Below are positions 1 to 11,807 of a DNA stretch of 64,000 nucleotides, piece by piece (position 1 is the first letter of the stretch; each line of letters begins with the position of its first letter). The notes below the pieces were generated by a model that did not search any database, was not told the origin of the DNA, and saw only the letters and a list, made by a program, of their open reading frames with translations. The translations under genes and the position numbers were made by a program. Source of the stretch: Octopus sinensis (lineage: Eukaryota); the NCBI RefSeq assembly GCF_006345805.1, contig NW_021833449.1:1-64000 (forward strand). Direction: 5' to 3'.

Positions 1-398
1 TAAGATTCCTTTTTTAATGAAAAACAAACAGACACTGTATACAATATTTCTTTTTCTCCTCTCATTTGCATAATTGTAAAAATTCTGAATTATCTGCCGC
101 TAATCTTTTTCAATCACAAATTTAATCTTTCTGAATTAAAGTATGTTGATTTTGTTTTTCTCTGTATTTATTTTATATATTTATCCTTTCCTATTTATTT
201 ATATATTTATTTATCCTTTCGCTCTTTATCTTCTTTTCGTCTTTCTTTCTACATTATTTTCTTTTCTTTTTTTTATGTATTTATTAATGTACTTATTTAT
301 TTCTCACATCCTTCATTCATTGCTGTGTATATTTCTAAGACACTACTATTATTCTGTCCGTGTTCGAGCTTCAACAACCTCCACTATGGGACAGCCAC

Positions 399-841
399 GG
401 ATTTTTTCAGTTTGAACGGCAGTTTTTTCTAGCAGTGTCATATGAAATTGTCACCCATAATTATGACCCTAGTATCGATCTATTGCATTTCAATCTATTT
501 TAGAGTTAGCGTTAGAGTTAGGGTTAGTTAGGGTTAGGGTTAGGGGTGGGGGAAGGGTTTCTTTTTTCTTCACAAATGTAAATAAACCCAATCTGTTTCT
601 TGAACGAGGGGCATATTCATACGGCACACAATGTTTTTTTTACCTCAATAGACGTAGTTGATTGATTGAAATTGCAGAAATTGAAGAAAAAACAACAAAT
701 ATCTTACAAACTATAGAATTTTCTCAATAAAGCCAAGAGAAAAAGATGTTTTATAAACACATTCTACCAGTATACGAAGTTTAGAATTTTTTAGTTACCT
801 AGAAATTATGTTAAAAATTGCCGTTCAAACCGAAAAGATCC
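399..841. mobile_element. Non-autonomous TIR element (MITE) with 8-bp TSD and internal TTAGGG-like repeats
   Basis: Left end GGATTTTTTCAGTTTGAACGGCAGTTTT (399-) is the reverse complement, with 3 mismatches, of right end AAAATTGCCGTTCAAACCGAAAAGATCC (-841). ACAGCCAC is duplicated at 391-398 and 842-849. No ORF. Confidence 0.85.
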
Positions 842-1115
842 ACAGCCACAACTATGGAACAAAACCGCAGCCACAATTGAAGTCTCTAATGTATTATGAA
901 AGAATATAATAAAGATCATCCATACTTTCTGGCATTTAAACAGTAATAAACTGTTTTATAAAGCGTGACAATTCCATGAGCCGAAATATTTAAGATGTCT
1001 ACAATGATTAATTCATCACAGGAGAGTTCACTGCTGACAATTCACCGTGAAGAAAGTTTACTGCGAGAAAAGTTCACCACAAGGAAAGTGTACCGAGAAA
1101 ATATATCTCACCATT

Positions 1116-1393
1116 CAGCGGACTCGCGGTCGAGGGATCGCGGGTTCGAATCTCAGACCGGGCGATGTGTGTGTTTATGAGCAAAACACCTAAGCTCGAC
1201 GCGGCTCCGGCAGAAGGTAATGGCGAATTTCTGCTGACTCTTTCGCCACAACTTTCTTTCACTCTTTCCTCCTGCATCTAGCAGCTCACCTGCGACGGAC
1301 CGGCGTCCCGTCTAGGTGGGGAACCTATACGCCAAGAAACCGGGAAACCGGCCCCTTATGAACCAGGCATGTCTCGAGAAGGAACAAAACAAC
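1116..1393 (+). mobile_element. tRNA-derived SINE (OR-like head, tail type A), 5'-truncated
   Basis: B-box-like GGTTCGAATC head (gcggactcgcggtcgagggatcgcgggttcgaatc). Same family in reverse at 32936-33230 and 55454-55758. Confidence 0.85.
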
Positions 1394-1779
1394 ATGGGAA
1401 GTGAGTGATAGACCAGGATTTGTGTGGGTGTGGTGGTGGTGGAAAGGGGTTTGTGTGATGGTGTGGTTTTTAACTGATTTGTCTGATGTGTTGTGCTGGT
1501 TTTGGCGTTTGTATGCGTGAGTTTGCACCAATACACATTCGCTTGAAATATGTAAGTACACACATTCTAGTATGTTTCTGTCTTTGTGTGCTTTGCTCTG
1601 TGTGTCTGTATGACTGTGTATGTGTGTGTATGCATGCTTATGTATGTGTGTGTAGTTTGCTAACGCGAGACGGAGAGGTAGTGGACGGTGTAGTGGTAGG
1701 GCGAGATGCACTGCAGAGCGGTGGTAGAGTTGATGGAGGTGACGGCGGCACGTGTGTCGTCGTTGTGGTAGAGGTTGCA

Positions 1780-2230
1780 TAGTTTTTGCTGTTGTTGTCT
1801 GTGGTGGTGGCGTTTGTTGCGGTGGTGGTGGTGGTGTTGATAGTGGCGGCGACGGCTACTGCGGTGGTGGTGGTGGTGGTTGTGGTGGTGGTAGTGGTAG
1901 TGGTGGTGGTGGTGGTTTGGTGGTAGTGGCGGTGATTTGGTAGTGGTTGTGGTGGTGGTGGTGGTGGCGGTAGTGGTGGTGGTGGTGGTGGTTTGGTGGT
2001 AGTAGTGGTGGTTTGGTGGTGGTGGTGGTGGCGGTGGTAGTGGTAGTAGTAGTGGTGGTGATGGTGGTGGTGGTGGTGGTGGCGGCGGTGTCGCTAGTTG
2101 AAGTTAGCGGGCGTTTTTACGGTGGTCGTGGCGTTTGTGGTGGAGGTGAAAATGGCGTCGATGACGGCGGTGGAAGCGGTGGTGGTGGTGGTGGCAGCAG
2201 CGAGGGGTGGTGGCACCGGCGATAGTGTTA
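1780..2230. repeat. (GGT)n-rich degenerate microsatellite
   Basis: Long GGT/GGC/AGT triplet run; it produces the poly-V and poly-G ORFs. Confidence 0.95.
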
Positions 2231-2708
2231 GCGGTGGTGAATTTCGCAATGTGGTTGCGGCTACAGCGGTGCGGGTGTGGTGTGACTACGTTGTGGTGAT
2301 ATGCTATGTTTCACATGGCGGTGCTGATATGGCCGCCGAACCTTTGATGTGTTGTGTTAGATGTGGTGTTTGCGGTGCGTCTGTAAGTGTTGTAATACGC
2401 GTGTATTTATGTATGTACATGTATGTGTAAATGTATATATGAATGCGTCTCTATGTGATTGTATTTATGTATGTATATACGTGTTTATGTATGTGTTTAT
2501 TTGAGCGTATGTCGATAAACACATGTGTGTATGTATGTATCTATGTGCTTCTGGTGTGAACGTGTGTGTGTATTTATGTCTCTGTTTATGTATCTGTTGT
2601 TTATGTATGTATATGTGTGCATGTGTGTGAATATACGTGCATCAGTGTGTATCTAAGTACGCATATGTGCGTATGTACATTATGAATACGATTTGTAAGG
2701 GGAACAAT

Positions 2709-2747
<39 letters not shown>

Positions 2748-2763
2748 TATATATATATATATA

Positions 2764-2935
2764 GGGGAGAATTCACAAAAAAAAGCAAAAGACGAAGTTA
2801 GGTGGTGTAGACAACAAACAGATGTATTAGTTTAATGCTAGGGAAGTGAAAAAGTCTTTAACGTTTCGAGCCTACGCGCTTCCACGGAACACAGAAAGAA
2901 ACCAGGAGAGAAAATAAACAATGTGTAGTGGCTGA
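2764..2935 (-). mobile_element. Penelope-like-element-derived repeat fragment with a degenerate hammerhead remnant
   Basis: Homologous to 45384-45560. Minus strand has GGCTC-GAAA-CG-TT-AAAGAC, the 3' half of a minimal hammerhead; the CTGANGA core is lost. Confidence 0.5.
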
Positions 2936-3789
2936 GTGTGTGACAGTGAGTGTATATGTTTGTGCGTGATTAACATATTCTAACAATTGATGTAGTTATG
3001 TTTGCGTCCCCGTAAAATAGCGGCACTGCAAAAGACATTGAGAGAATTAGTACCAGACTTGAAAGACCTACTACGCTTGATTGAAAACGCATTGAAGGCG
3101 GTGGAACAGCAAGGCCGCAGTCCAATGACTGAAGCAAGTAACAGATTAAAAGTAATCAAAAATAAATATAACCTTGTCTATTGTGGTTGTTAATTTTGAG
3201 GGGCGTTTGACTGCACTTTCTAGCAGATAATGTCTCCACGTTTCTTAAGTGCGATGGCAGCAACGGAGGTGGCAGTGGTGGTGATGGTGACGGTGGTGAT
3301 AAGGTAGTGATGATGGATGTGATGATGTCATTTGTGTGTTACCGTGTAGCTTGATGTGAAGTAGTTGTAGTGATAGGGGTGTAATGCTAACAGCGATGTG
3401 TTTTAAATTGGCTGCTGACATTGAGGATGTTCATAGCTCAAGAACGAAGAGCTTCACCAATTTCCAATAGAATTATCGAAAAGTCATCGATGATCTGTTT
3501 AACAGTTGATGGGGGGATGAGCACCTGGGCGGGCTACGCGGTTTGATTAAGCCTATAACAAAAGGCAATCCATCTGTGACAGCTCCGACTCTGTAATCAT
3601 CTCTTATCTTCCTGTTTCTTTAAATCATTGGAGCAGGCTCTCGAAGGGTTTAGTCGAATCAATTAAGCCTAGTACTTAGTTTCTTTTTTCTTTCTTTCTT
3701 TTTTTTATATTTCTGATACTGATCCAATTGAACTGTTTTGTGTTTATATACTTATATCATCATGGTGAAGTTTCTGATGATAGCATTGG

Positions 3790-4290
3790 ATGTAGCTTCT
3801 TTGTATGTTGGTGATGATGATGATGGTAGATCTGGTGGTTGTCGCAATGGTGGTGGTAGTAGTAGTAGTAGTAAGTAGTAGTAGTAGTAGCAGCAGCAGC
3901 AGCAAATAGTAGTATTAGTAATAGTAGCAGCAGCAGCAGTAGTAGTAGTAGTAATAGTGACAGCAACAGCAGTAGTAGTAATAGTAGCAGCAGCAAGCAG
4001 CAGCAGCGGCAGTAGTAGTAGTAGTAATAATGGTGGTGGTGGTTGTGATAGCGTTGATTATGGTAATGGTAATGATGGTGTGAAAGTGGTTGTGATGGTA
4101 GGTACGATGGTGGTGGCTCTGGTGGTGGTGGTGTTGGTGGTGGTGTTGGTGGTGGTGTTGGTGGTGGTGTTGGTGGTGGTGTTGGTGGTGGTGGTGGTGG
4201 TGGTGGTGGTGGCAGTGGTGTTGGTGGTGTTGGTGGTGGTGTTGGTGGTGTTGGTGGTGGTGGTGTTGGTGGTGTTGGTGTGGTGGTTAT
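3790..4290. repeat. (GAT)/(AGT)/(AGC)/(GGT)n compound microsatellite
   Basis: Direct inspection. Confidence 0.95.
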
Positions 4291-4416
4291 GTTAGATGTT
4301 ACCTAATTAGTTGCAAATTTCTTCAGCCTACTTGGCTGTTTAATTAGACGGAACTGCTTGTTTTGCACCATTGATCAATCAATCGTTGGTGGTGGGCAAG
4401 GGAAGGGAGGTAGTCA

Positions 4417-4417
4417 C

Positions 4418-4451
<34 letters not shown>

Positions 4452-4593
4452 AGAGAGAGAGAGAGAGGGACAGAGAGAGGGGAGAAAGAAAGGAGAAATA
4501 GAGAGATAACAGAAATATTGAGAGACAGAATGAGAAACAAAATCGGGAGAAGGAAACGATAAAAGGAGAGATGGAGTGAGAGGAGAGAGAGAG

Positions 4594-4676
<83 letters not shown>

Positions 4677-4900
4677 GAGAGAGAGAAAAAGAGAGAGAGA
4701 GAGAAAAGAGAAAGAGCGAGAAACTGAGAGAGAAACAGGGAGAGAGAGAGAGACAGAAGGAGATAAGTAGAAAAAGAGAGAGAGAGAGAGAAGGAGAGTG
4801 GGAGAAAGAAAGAATGAAATGGAGAAAAGAACGAAAGAAATGAAGGAATGATATGAGAGGGAAAAGTTGAGACAAAAAAGAGAAGAGAGAGGGAGAGAAT
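4417..4900. repeat. (GA)n polypurine tract
   Basis: Direct inspection. Confidence 0.95.
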
Positions 4901-4947
4901 CTAGAAATAAATGGACTATAAATATAGATAGACAGACAGTCGACCTA

Positions 4948-5067
4948 GATAATAGATAGATAGATAATAGATAGATAGATAGATAGATGATAGATAGATA
5001 ATAGATAGATAGACAGATGACAGATAGATAGATAATAGATAATATATAGATAGATAGATAGATTATA

Positions 5068-5105
<38 letters not shown>

Positions 5106-5240
5106 GATACGATAGATAGATAGATAGATAGATAAATGGATACAGAGAGATAGAGAGATAGATAGAGATAGAGAGGAGAGAGAGATAGAGAGAGAGAGAG
5201 AGAGATAGATAGATATATAGAGTAGATATATAGATAGATA
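4948..5240. repeat. (GATA)n array at the 3' junction of the Tx1-like LINE
   Basis: Direct inspection; it abuts the LINE 3' end at 5242. Confidence 0.95.
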
Positions 5241-5241
5241 T

Positions 5242-8200
5242 TTTCTTTATTAGCCACACAGGCTGCACACAGATGAACAAATTACAAGGTAGAGCTTTTC
5301 TTTTGAAGGTATTAAAAAAAAAAAAAAAAAAAAAAAAAGAAGGGGAGTTTCGATCAAAAGGGATCGTAAAAGGAGAGAAAGAGGACAAAATAAGGGGGGT
5401 TAAAAAAAAAACAAAAAAAAAAAAAAATGGGGGAGAGGAAAAAAAAATGATCAATAGGGATCGTTATCACAGAAATGTCAATATGAAGTGTAAAGGGGAG
5501 GACAGGTGAGGTTTACCCGTGGAAAGAAAAGCCTGCGGAAAGACCACGGTAACCTCGGTCATGAAGTCACATTTTATTTTTTTTTTTTTTTTTTTTTTTT
5601 TGCAAATAAGCAACTCTCTGTTTTCGATTTCTGGTTTCATAGGACTATGCTCAAGGTGGCTTCGTCATTCATACGTGCCATTCTTGCTACATTCACCCAT
5701 CTTTTTTTAAAACATTCGCTAGACAAAACTTGCCTCTCTACTCTCACTTTCCTTTTCAAGTGGTACTTGAAGAAGTTGATGAGAGATTGACCAAAGAGGA
5801 AAGTGTTGTCTCCAATCCTTTCAGACGCGTCCACCAGATACATTCTTTCGCCATAGCCACAAGGATGATGAAATAGCTCTTCCTTCCCGTTTTGAAGGAA
5901 GGAGGCGTGACAATATGACGATAGACTCAGCTGATAACCGACTCGTCCCACACGTGACAGCAGTTGTTCGACATAATCCCACAGGTCGGAAATTGTTGGA
6001 CACTGAACGAGTGCGTGCAGAACGGTTTCGTCGCTCTGACCGCATCTCGGGCGGTCGGCCCCGTGTTTTCTCGAGCCGTGTCTGTAGAGCTTATCCCGAA
6101 CGGGTAGCGCTTCTCGGTAGCACTGCCAGCCAGGGATCTCTGGAATTTGTCCATGGGCCCTGGCCCGAAAGTCGTCCCGAACAGGCGGGTCAGGTACTCC
6201 TCGTCGACGTCCAGGTTCGCCCCGAGCTCGTCGTCGTACCTCCCCTCCACTAAACCCCTATAGAATGCTTTGGTTGTGTTGAAGTCACTTAAGTCGACCC
6301 AGGACGGCAGAGTTGCTTGAGAGCAACGCGACACTCGCGGTGCCATTCGCCCTTCCTCGGCCTCTTTTTGATCCACGACTGCAGTTCGGTCATGGAGACG
6401 AGCTGCGGGAAAGCGTGCCTCACAACGGCGACCACACCTTTCACCGTCGTCTACATAGAGCCAGGATGTCGCAGTCTCAGCGCGTGTCTGCGCATCATCA
6501 ACCACGGCATGCCCAGCCCTCCTTTTAACGGGTGTTGACAGCAAATGGATCGCCTGACCATCGGGACGCATCCTTTCCACAAGAAGCGAAAGAGGATGCG
6601 TTGTAGTTTGGTGAGGTAGGGTCGGGACAAGGTACGACGGTCAGGCGGTAGTAGATGACGGACGCGATGTACGTGTTCGCCACCTCCGCTCGACCTTTTA
6701 GGGACAGTTCCTCTCGCCCATTGCCGGGCGAGAGTGACCACCCTACTCGTTATCTCGTTCCAGTTCTTCTCCACTTGGAGGTCCGGACCAACCAGACCCC
6801 GAGCAACTCAACCGGGCCGTCGGTCCAGCGTCCCACGACGGAGGGCGCTGGTGGACGGCATGGGCTTGCTTCTCCAGGTGCCTAGTCGCAAGCCCACTGA
6901 CTTTTCCCGGTTGATTTTTCGCTCCTGTCACACCGCTTCGTAGTTTTTCAGTGTCTCGCCGACCACTCGATGTGCTCGTGGCTAGACACTATGACGGTGA
7001 CGTCGTCGTCCGCGTATGCAGACACGCTCGTCCCGCATCCCAATTCTCGCGGGATGCCCCTTAGAGTCGCCAGCTTCCGCAGTAGTGGCTCAAGAGTCAA
7101 TACGTATAGAAGCGCCGAGAGGGTGCATCCCTGACGACCGAACGTGCAATGTCGAAGGTCTCGATAGATGTCCATTTACGCGAATTACCGAACGGATGCC
7201 TCTGTACAAGCAGCTATCCAGCCGCGAAGACGGGACCGAAACCAGCCGCTCTCAGGACTGCCTCCAAGTATCGATGGTCTCCCTATCAAAGGCTTTTGAT
7301 TGATCCAAGTTGATCAGGCCCCACCCATGCCAGGTTCGTTAACTACCCTGTCTATGAATGTAGCGCATCAGATGGAGGTTGTCATGGATGGTCCGGCCTG
7401 GCACGCGGCGCATGTTTGCGCCTTGTCGACCAGTTTCCTCGATGACAAGCGCCAACCTCTTGGCTAGCACCTTGGCCAAAATTTCAAGTCTGCATTAAGC
7501 AGAGTGATGGGCCTAAAGTTATCTATTACATTTCCCTTGTTTAGATCTTTCTTCTTCAGCATTGTTACGGCTCCTCGGCTCACAAACCAGGAGCCCTCCC
7601 GTTTTGCTGCCAGTTGCAGTACAACCGCCGCCAAGAGATCTCCAAACAATTCTGGCATACAATTGTAAAGCTCGTAGGGTAGACCATCCAAACCCGTGAT
7701 TTGTCCCTCGAGCATTCTGCATCGCTTCCCGCACTTCCTTCCGCCGCCGTGATGGCACCTTCGCAGCACCCTGCCTTTCTTGTCGAGAGTCGTGGTAGGC
7801 TATGTAGGTAGGCACTGAATCCACCCTACGTTCTTGCCCTTGCCCTCCACTCGTTTCCGACAGTCCGGCAAAATGCTGCTGAAGGCCTCACACATTTTAC
7901 TTGCTCGAGCAATTCGCACGCCCCTGTTCATCTACCAGTGACCGAATGGTGGCTTTGTTGCCCTGTTGCGCCTCTGCCACCCGGCCTCTCTCGCGGCTCC
8001 AACACCTTCGTTCCTTAGAGCACGCATCCTAGATCTGACAGCACATCCTTCGTGTTTTGGCGTTGAAGTGTTTGGTCGAGGGCCAACCTCGCCGCCAAAA
8101 CGTCGGATGCGATGCCGCTTCTAATTGCCTCTTCTAGCTTCTTAACTATCTCACCCTCTACTCTACTATTCTATCTATGGCTAGTGCTTTGCTGTACCTA

Positions 8201-9062
8201 ATCGCTTCTGCTTTTACTGCTCTCTTGAGGGCAAACCACCATTTGTTGTTGATGATGGCTCCCGTCAAAGCCCTCTTTACTAGTGTGCTAATCGGTCTCT
8301 GAAAACTTGTCTCGATGGAAAGACGCGTTTAGTTTTTCCAGTATCCGGGACCCTGCCTAAGTGTCTTACCTAGTCTAGCGTACATGTCACAAGTTTGTGA
8401 TCCGTGTAGCTGACTATGTGGAATTGTGGACATCCTATGCTATCTCTATCTACTGTCCTACACAGTATCCTATCTGATACGATCTCGACGACCCGATGCG
8501 GTTGCTCCATGTCCACGTTGGCGCATTCGGGTGGTCTAGTCGAAACCTGTCAGACAGTTGAAAGCGTCTGGCAGGTCTCTGAGGCATTTGCATCCCCGTC
8601 TATTCCTATCTCTACCCACGTAGTCTACATGCTGTCCCAGGTAGCATTCCAATCCCCCACTAAGAGTAAAGACGAGACGTTCCAAGAAAACTTTCTAGAC
8701 GTTGAAAGAAATCCGCCCGACCTTTAAAGGCGGTGCGTAAACTGATACGAGCCGAAAAGCGCACCCATTGCTGCCGTCTACACATCCAGGACGACCATCT
8801 ACCCTCCGGGTCTACGAATATTGTCCTTACATTGAGATCCAGACTCTTGTGAAAAAGTACCGCGGTGCCACTACCCGCCCATTCTCTCGCAGACAGGGGA
8901 AAAATAAATGTTGAACTGTCCGCCAAACATGGTCTTTGGGCCCGCGGATTGTGGATTCTGGTCTCGCTTATGGCTATGATTTCTAACTTATGTGACTTAT
9001 GTCATTTAAGAGGTACCCCTTGTTTCCAAGGGACCCCAAGCCACGCGCATTTACACAACCAA
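5242..9062 (-). mobile_element. Tx1/L1-clade non-LTR retrotransposon (ORF2 plus 3'UTR; ORF1 not seen)
   Basis: Minus-strand pieces in order: CVNARGL...IIAISETR and GSGTAVLF...FVDPEGR (APE endonuclease); NFRPITLLNAD, LDQSKAFDR..HRYLEAVLRAAGFGP, RQGCTLSALLY, YADD (RT); PRCGQSDETVLHALVQCP (zinc knuckle); stop near 5637. T-rich 3'UTR ends GGCTAATAAAGAAA. Confidence 0.92.
5637..9062 (-). pseudogene. Frameshifted ORF2 (endonuclease/reverse transcriptase) of the Tx1-like LINE
   Basis: ORF-track fragments 8660-8926, 7464-7769, 6948-7175, 6451-6774, 5927-6580 and 5637-5951 (all minus) tile one polyprotein across multiple frameshifts and stops. Confidence 0.9.
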
Positions 9063-9210
9063 GATAGATAGATAGATAGATAGACAGACAGATTGATAGA
9101 CAGACAGATTGATGGATATATAGACAGACAGCAGAGAGACAGACAGACAGTCAGATAGACAGACAGACAGACAGACAGACAGGCAGGCAGGCAGATGGAG
9201 AGATAGATAG
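9063..9210. repeat. (GATA)/(GACA)n array at the 5' junction of the LINE
   Basis: Direct inspection. Confidence 0.95.
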
Positions 9211-10293
9211 AATGAGGGTCAAAAATAGGGGTGAGATGGAGGTGGGGAGAAATGATGGTGATAAAGGCGAAGTTAGTGAGAACTTGAGAGAAAGCGAGAG
9301 ATTGAGAGAGAAGAGTGAACGAAGTGGTATGTTGTATTTCAGGGCGACGGTGGGGGGGATGATACAGGGAGATGGTGTTGCAGGAGTGGGCGGGGGAAAA
9401 GTGAGAGGTGGAGATGGCGAGAGAAGAGAGAGGTCACATATCGATCACTCATTGAACTCTTCCTTTTCTACTTCATCACCTCAACAACTTATCCCAACAG
9501 CCACCGCTACTCACGCTTTATTCTCATGGCTCCTGCTCTTGCTCTCTCTCACCCTCTCTCTTTCTCTCTCATCCTCTCTCTCTCTCTCTCTGTCGTCTCT
9601 ACTCTTCAACGTTTCTTACAGCTTCTTCCCTCTTTCCTCCTATCCTTTTTGTTTATTATCATCACTCAAATCATCATCATCACTCATCATCACTCTACCT
9701 TTCTCAGTATTTCTATCTTGCTATCTATCGATTTATCTCTCCTTCAATCTGTCAATGGCCTCGGACGGCATGAAGTCACCCTCACTTATGTATATATACA
9801 TATATATATGTATATATGTATGTATGTATGTATATATATATGTGTATATATGGATATATATATTATTATTTTATTTATTTCTTAAACAATATTGTTTAAA
9901 TATATTTGCTTATTTATTTAACTATTATCATTAACCTGAAGATTGAATATAACCATAATTCGAATTTGTAATTGAATCTAAATTATTGTAATTCGAATTA
10001 GGTTATGGCCATGAAACGTATGTAGTGGTTTTACTTATCTTATAATAAACTTATTAATACTTTTTGATAGTTATATATAATTATGATAAAAAATAATTAA
10101 ATTTAAAAAATCATAAATATAAATATAAATATAAATTAATAATTTTAAATTTAAATAATTTAGATTTTAAATTTTATATTTTATATATTTTGTAAATTAT
10201 ATTAATTATTTTTATTTTTATGTTTTGGTTTATGTTTTTCATTGTTTGATTTGCCTAAAGTGGTTTTTATCTCTAATTTAATTTATATATAAA

Positions 10294-10704
10294 TGTGGCT
10301 GTGTGGTAAGTAGCTTGTTTACCAACCAAATGGTTCCGGGTTCAGTCCTACTGCGTGGCACCTTGGGTTAGTGTCTTCTACTATAGCCTCGGGCCGACCA
10401 AAGCCTTGTGAGTGGATTTGGTAGACGGAAACTGAAAGAAGCCCGTCGTATATATGTATATGTATATATATATATGTATGTGTGTGTTTGTGTGTCTGTG
10501 TTTGTCCCCCTAGCATTGTTTGACAACCGATGCTGGTGTGTTTATGTCCCCGTTACTTAGCGGTTCGGCAAAAAGAGACCGATAGAATAAGTACTGGGCT
10601 TACAAAAGTATAAGTCCCGGAGTCGAGCTGCTCGATTAAAGGCGGTGCTCCAGCATGGCCGCAGTCAAATGACTGAAACAAGCAAAAGAGTAAAGAGTAA
10701 AGAG
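10294..10704 (+). mobile_element. tRNA-derived SINE with CORE-like segment, internal (TA)/(TG) microsatellite and GGCGGTGCTCCAGCATGG...GTAAAAGAG tail
   Basis: Full-length. Head GTGTGGTAAGTAGCTTG...GGTTCAGTCC, CORE-like CCTTGGG(C)AAGTGTCTT. Many copies in the window. Confidence 0.88.
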
Positions 10705-10728
10705 TATATGTATGTATGTATGTATATA

Positions 10729-10891
10729 CAACGGACTTCTTTCAATTTCGAACTACCAATTCCACTCACAAGACTTTGGTTAGTCTCAGGCTACAGTAGA
10801 AGACACTTGCCCATGGTGCCACGCAGTGGGACTGAAACCCGATCCATGTGGTTGGAAAGCAAGCTGTTTGCCATTCAGCCACGCCTGCGCC
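10729..10891 (-). mobile_element. Head fragment of the same CORE-like SINE, inverted
   Basis: Reverse complement of ~10294-10450. Confidence 0.8.
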
Positions 10892-11580
10892 TACGTATGT
10901 GTGTATAAAGAGAGAATATACGGTAAGGAGTAGGACGTACGTGGGTTTCTGTTGCTATGTGTGTGTTCATATACTGCCCCACCCGTGGCCAAGTTTTATG
11001 TGTGTGCTATAGAACACAGATTTCGAGTTGATTACTCAATCCCAGGACCCTGTGGTGAATAGAATATAATATTTGGGTGCCAGGGTATGTTAGGGTGCTA
11101 CGTTAATTGAAAACATTTGGAACTAATTTTTACTACCCGTTCTACACTCTGAAGTCTCCAGTTAGGGTTTTCTTGTGTCCTATGTCTGACGCAAATGTAC
11201 ATAAATCCATATAAACATATTAATGCACTCAATCAAACACGCACACACGTTCGCGTATATGCACACGAACACGCAGAAAAAGACAGGGGCAGATAATATA
11301 AGTTGACGTTTTATATATATTTATATGTGTATGCATATACACATAGAAATATATATATACATACATATATATATATATATAACATACGCACACACATACA
11401 TATGCATATAAATACATACATACATATATAAATGTGTGTGCGTGTGTGTATCCATAAATATATATATAAATAATTATACGTCTATGTCAAAATGAAATTA
11501 TATTTGCATAGAAATGTTTACGTATATATACATATGTAAGTATATGTTCTTGCACATACATACATACATATATATATATT

Positions 11581-11612
<32 letters not shown>

Positions 11613-11731
11613 GGTGTGTGTGTGTGTGTAAATATATATATATATATATATATGCTTATTTGTATAAAATAGAAAAAATAATAATGTGGAGCATAAAATT
11701 AATAGCTACACATGCCTATATATATATACAT

Positions 11732-11807
<76 letters not shown>

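Noticed and set aside
500-552. Interstitial telomere or chromosome-fusion scar
   Set aside because: The TTAGGG-like run is short, degenerate and internal to a TIR/TSD-bounded MITE.
3002-3193. 63-aa ORF MRPRKIAALQ...
   Set aside because: Its 3' half is a degenerate SINE tail (GAAGGCGGTGGAACAGCAAGGCCGCAGTC); no other support.
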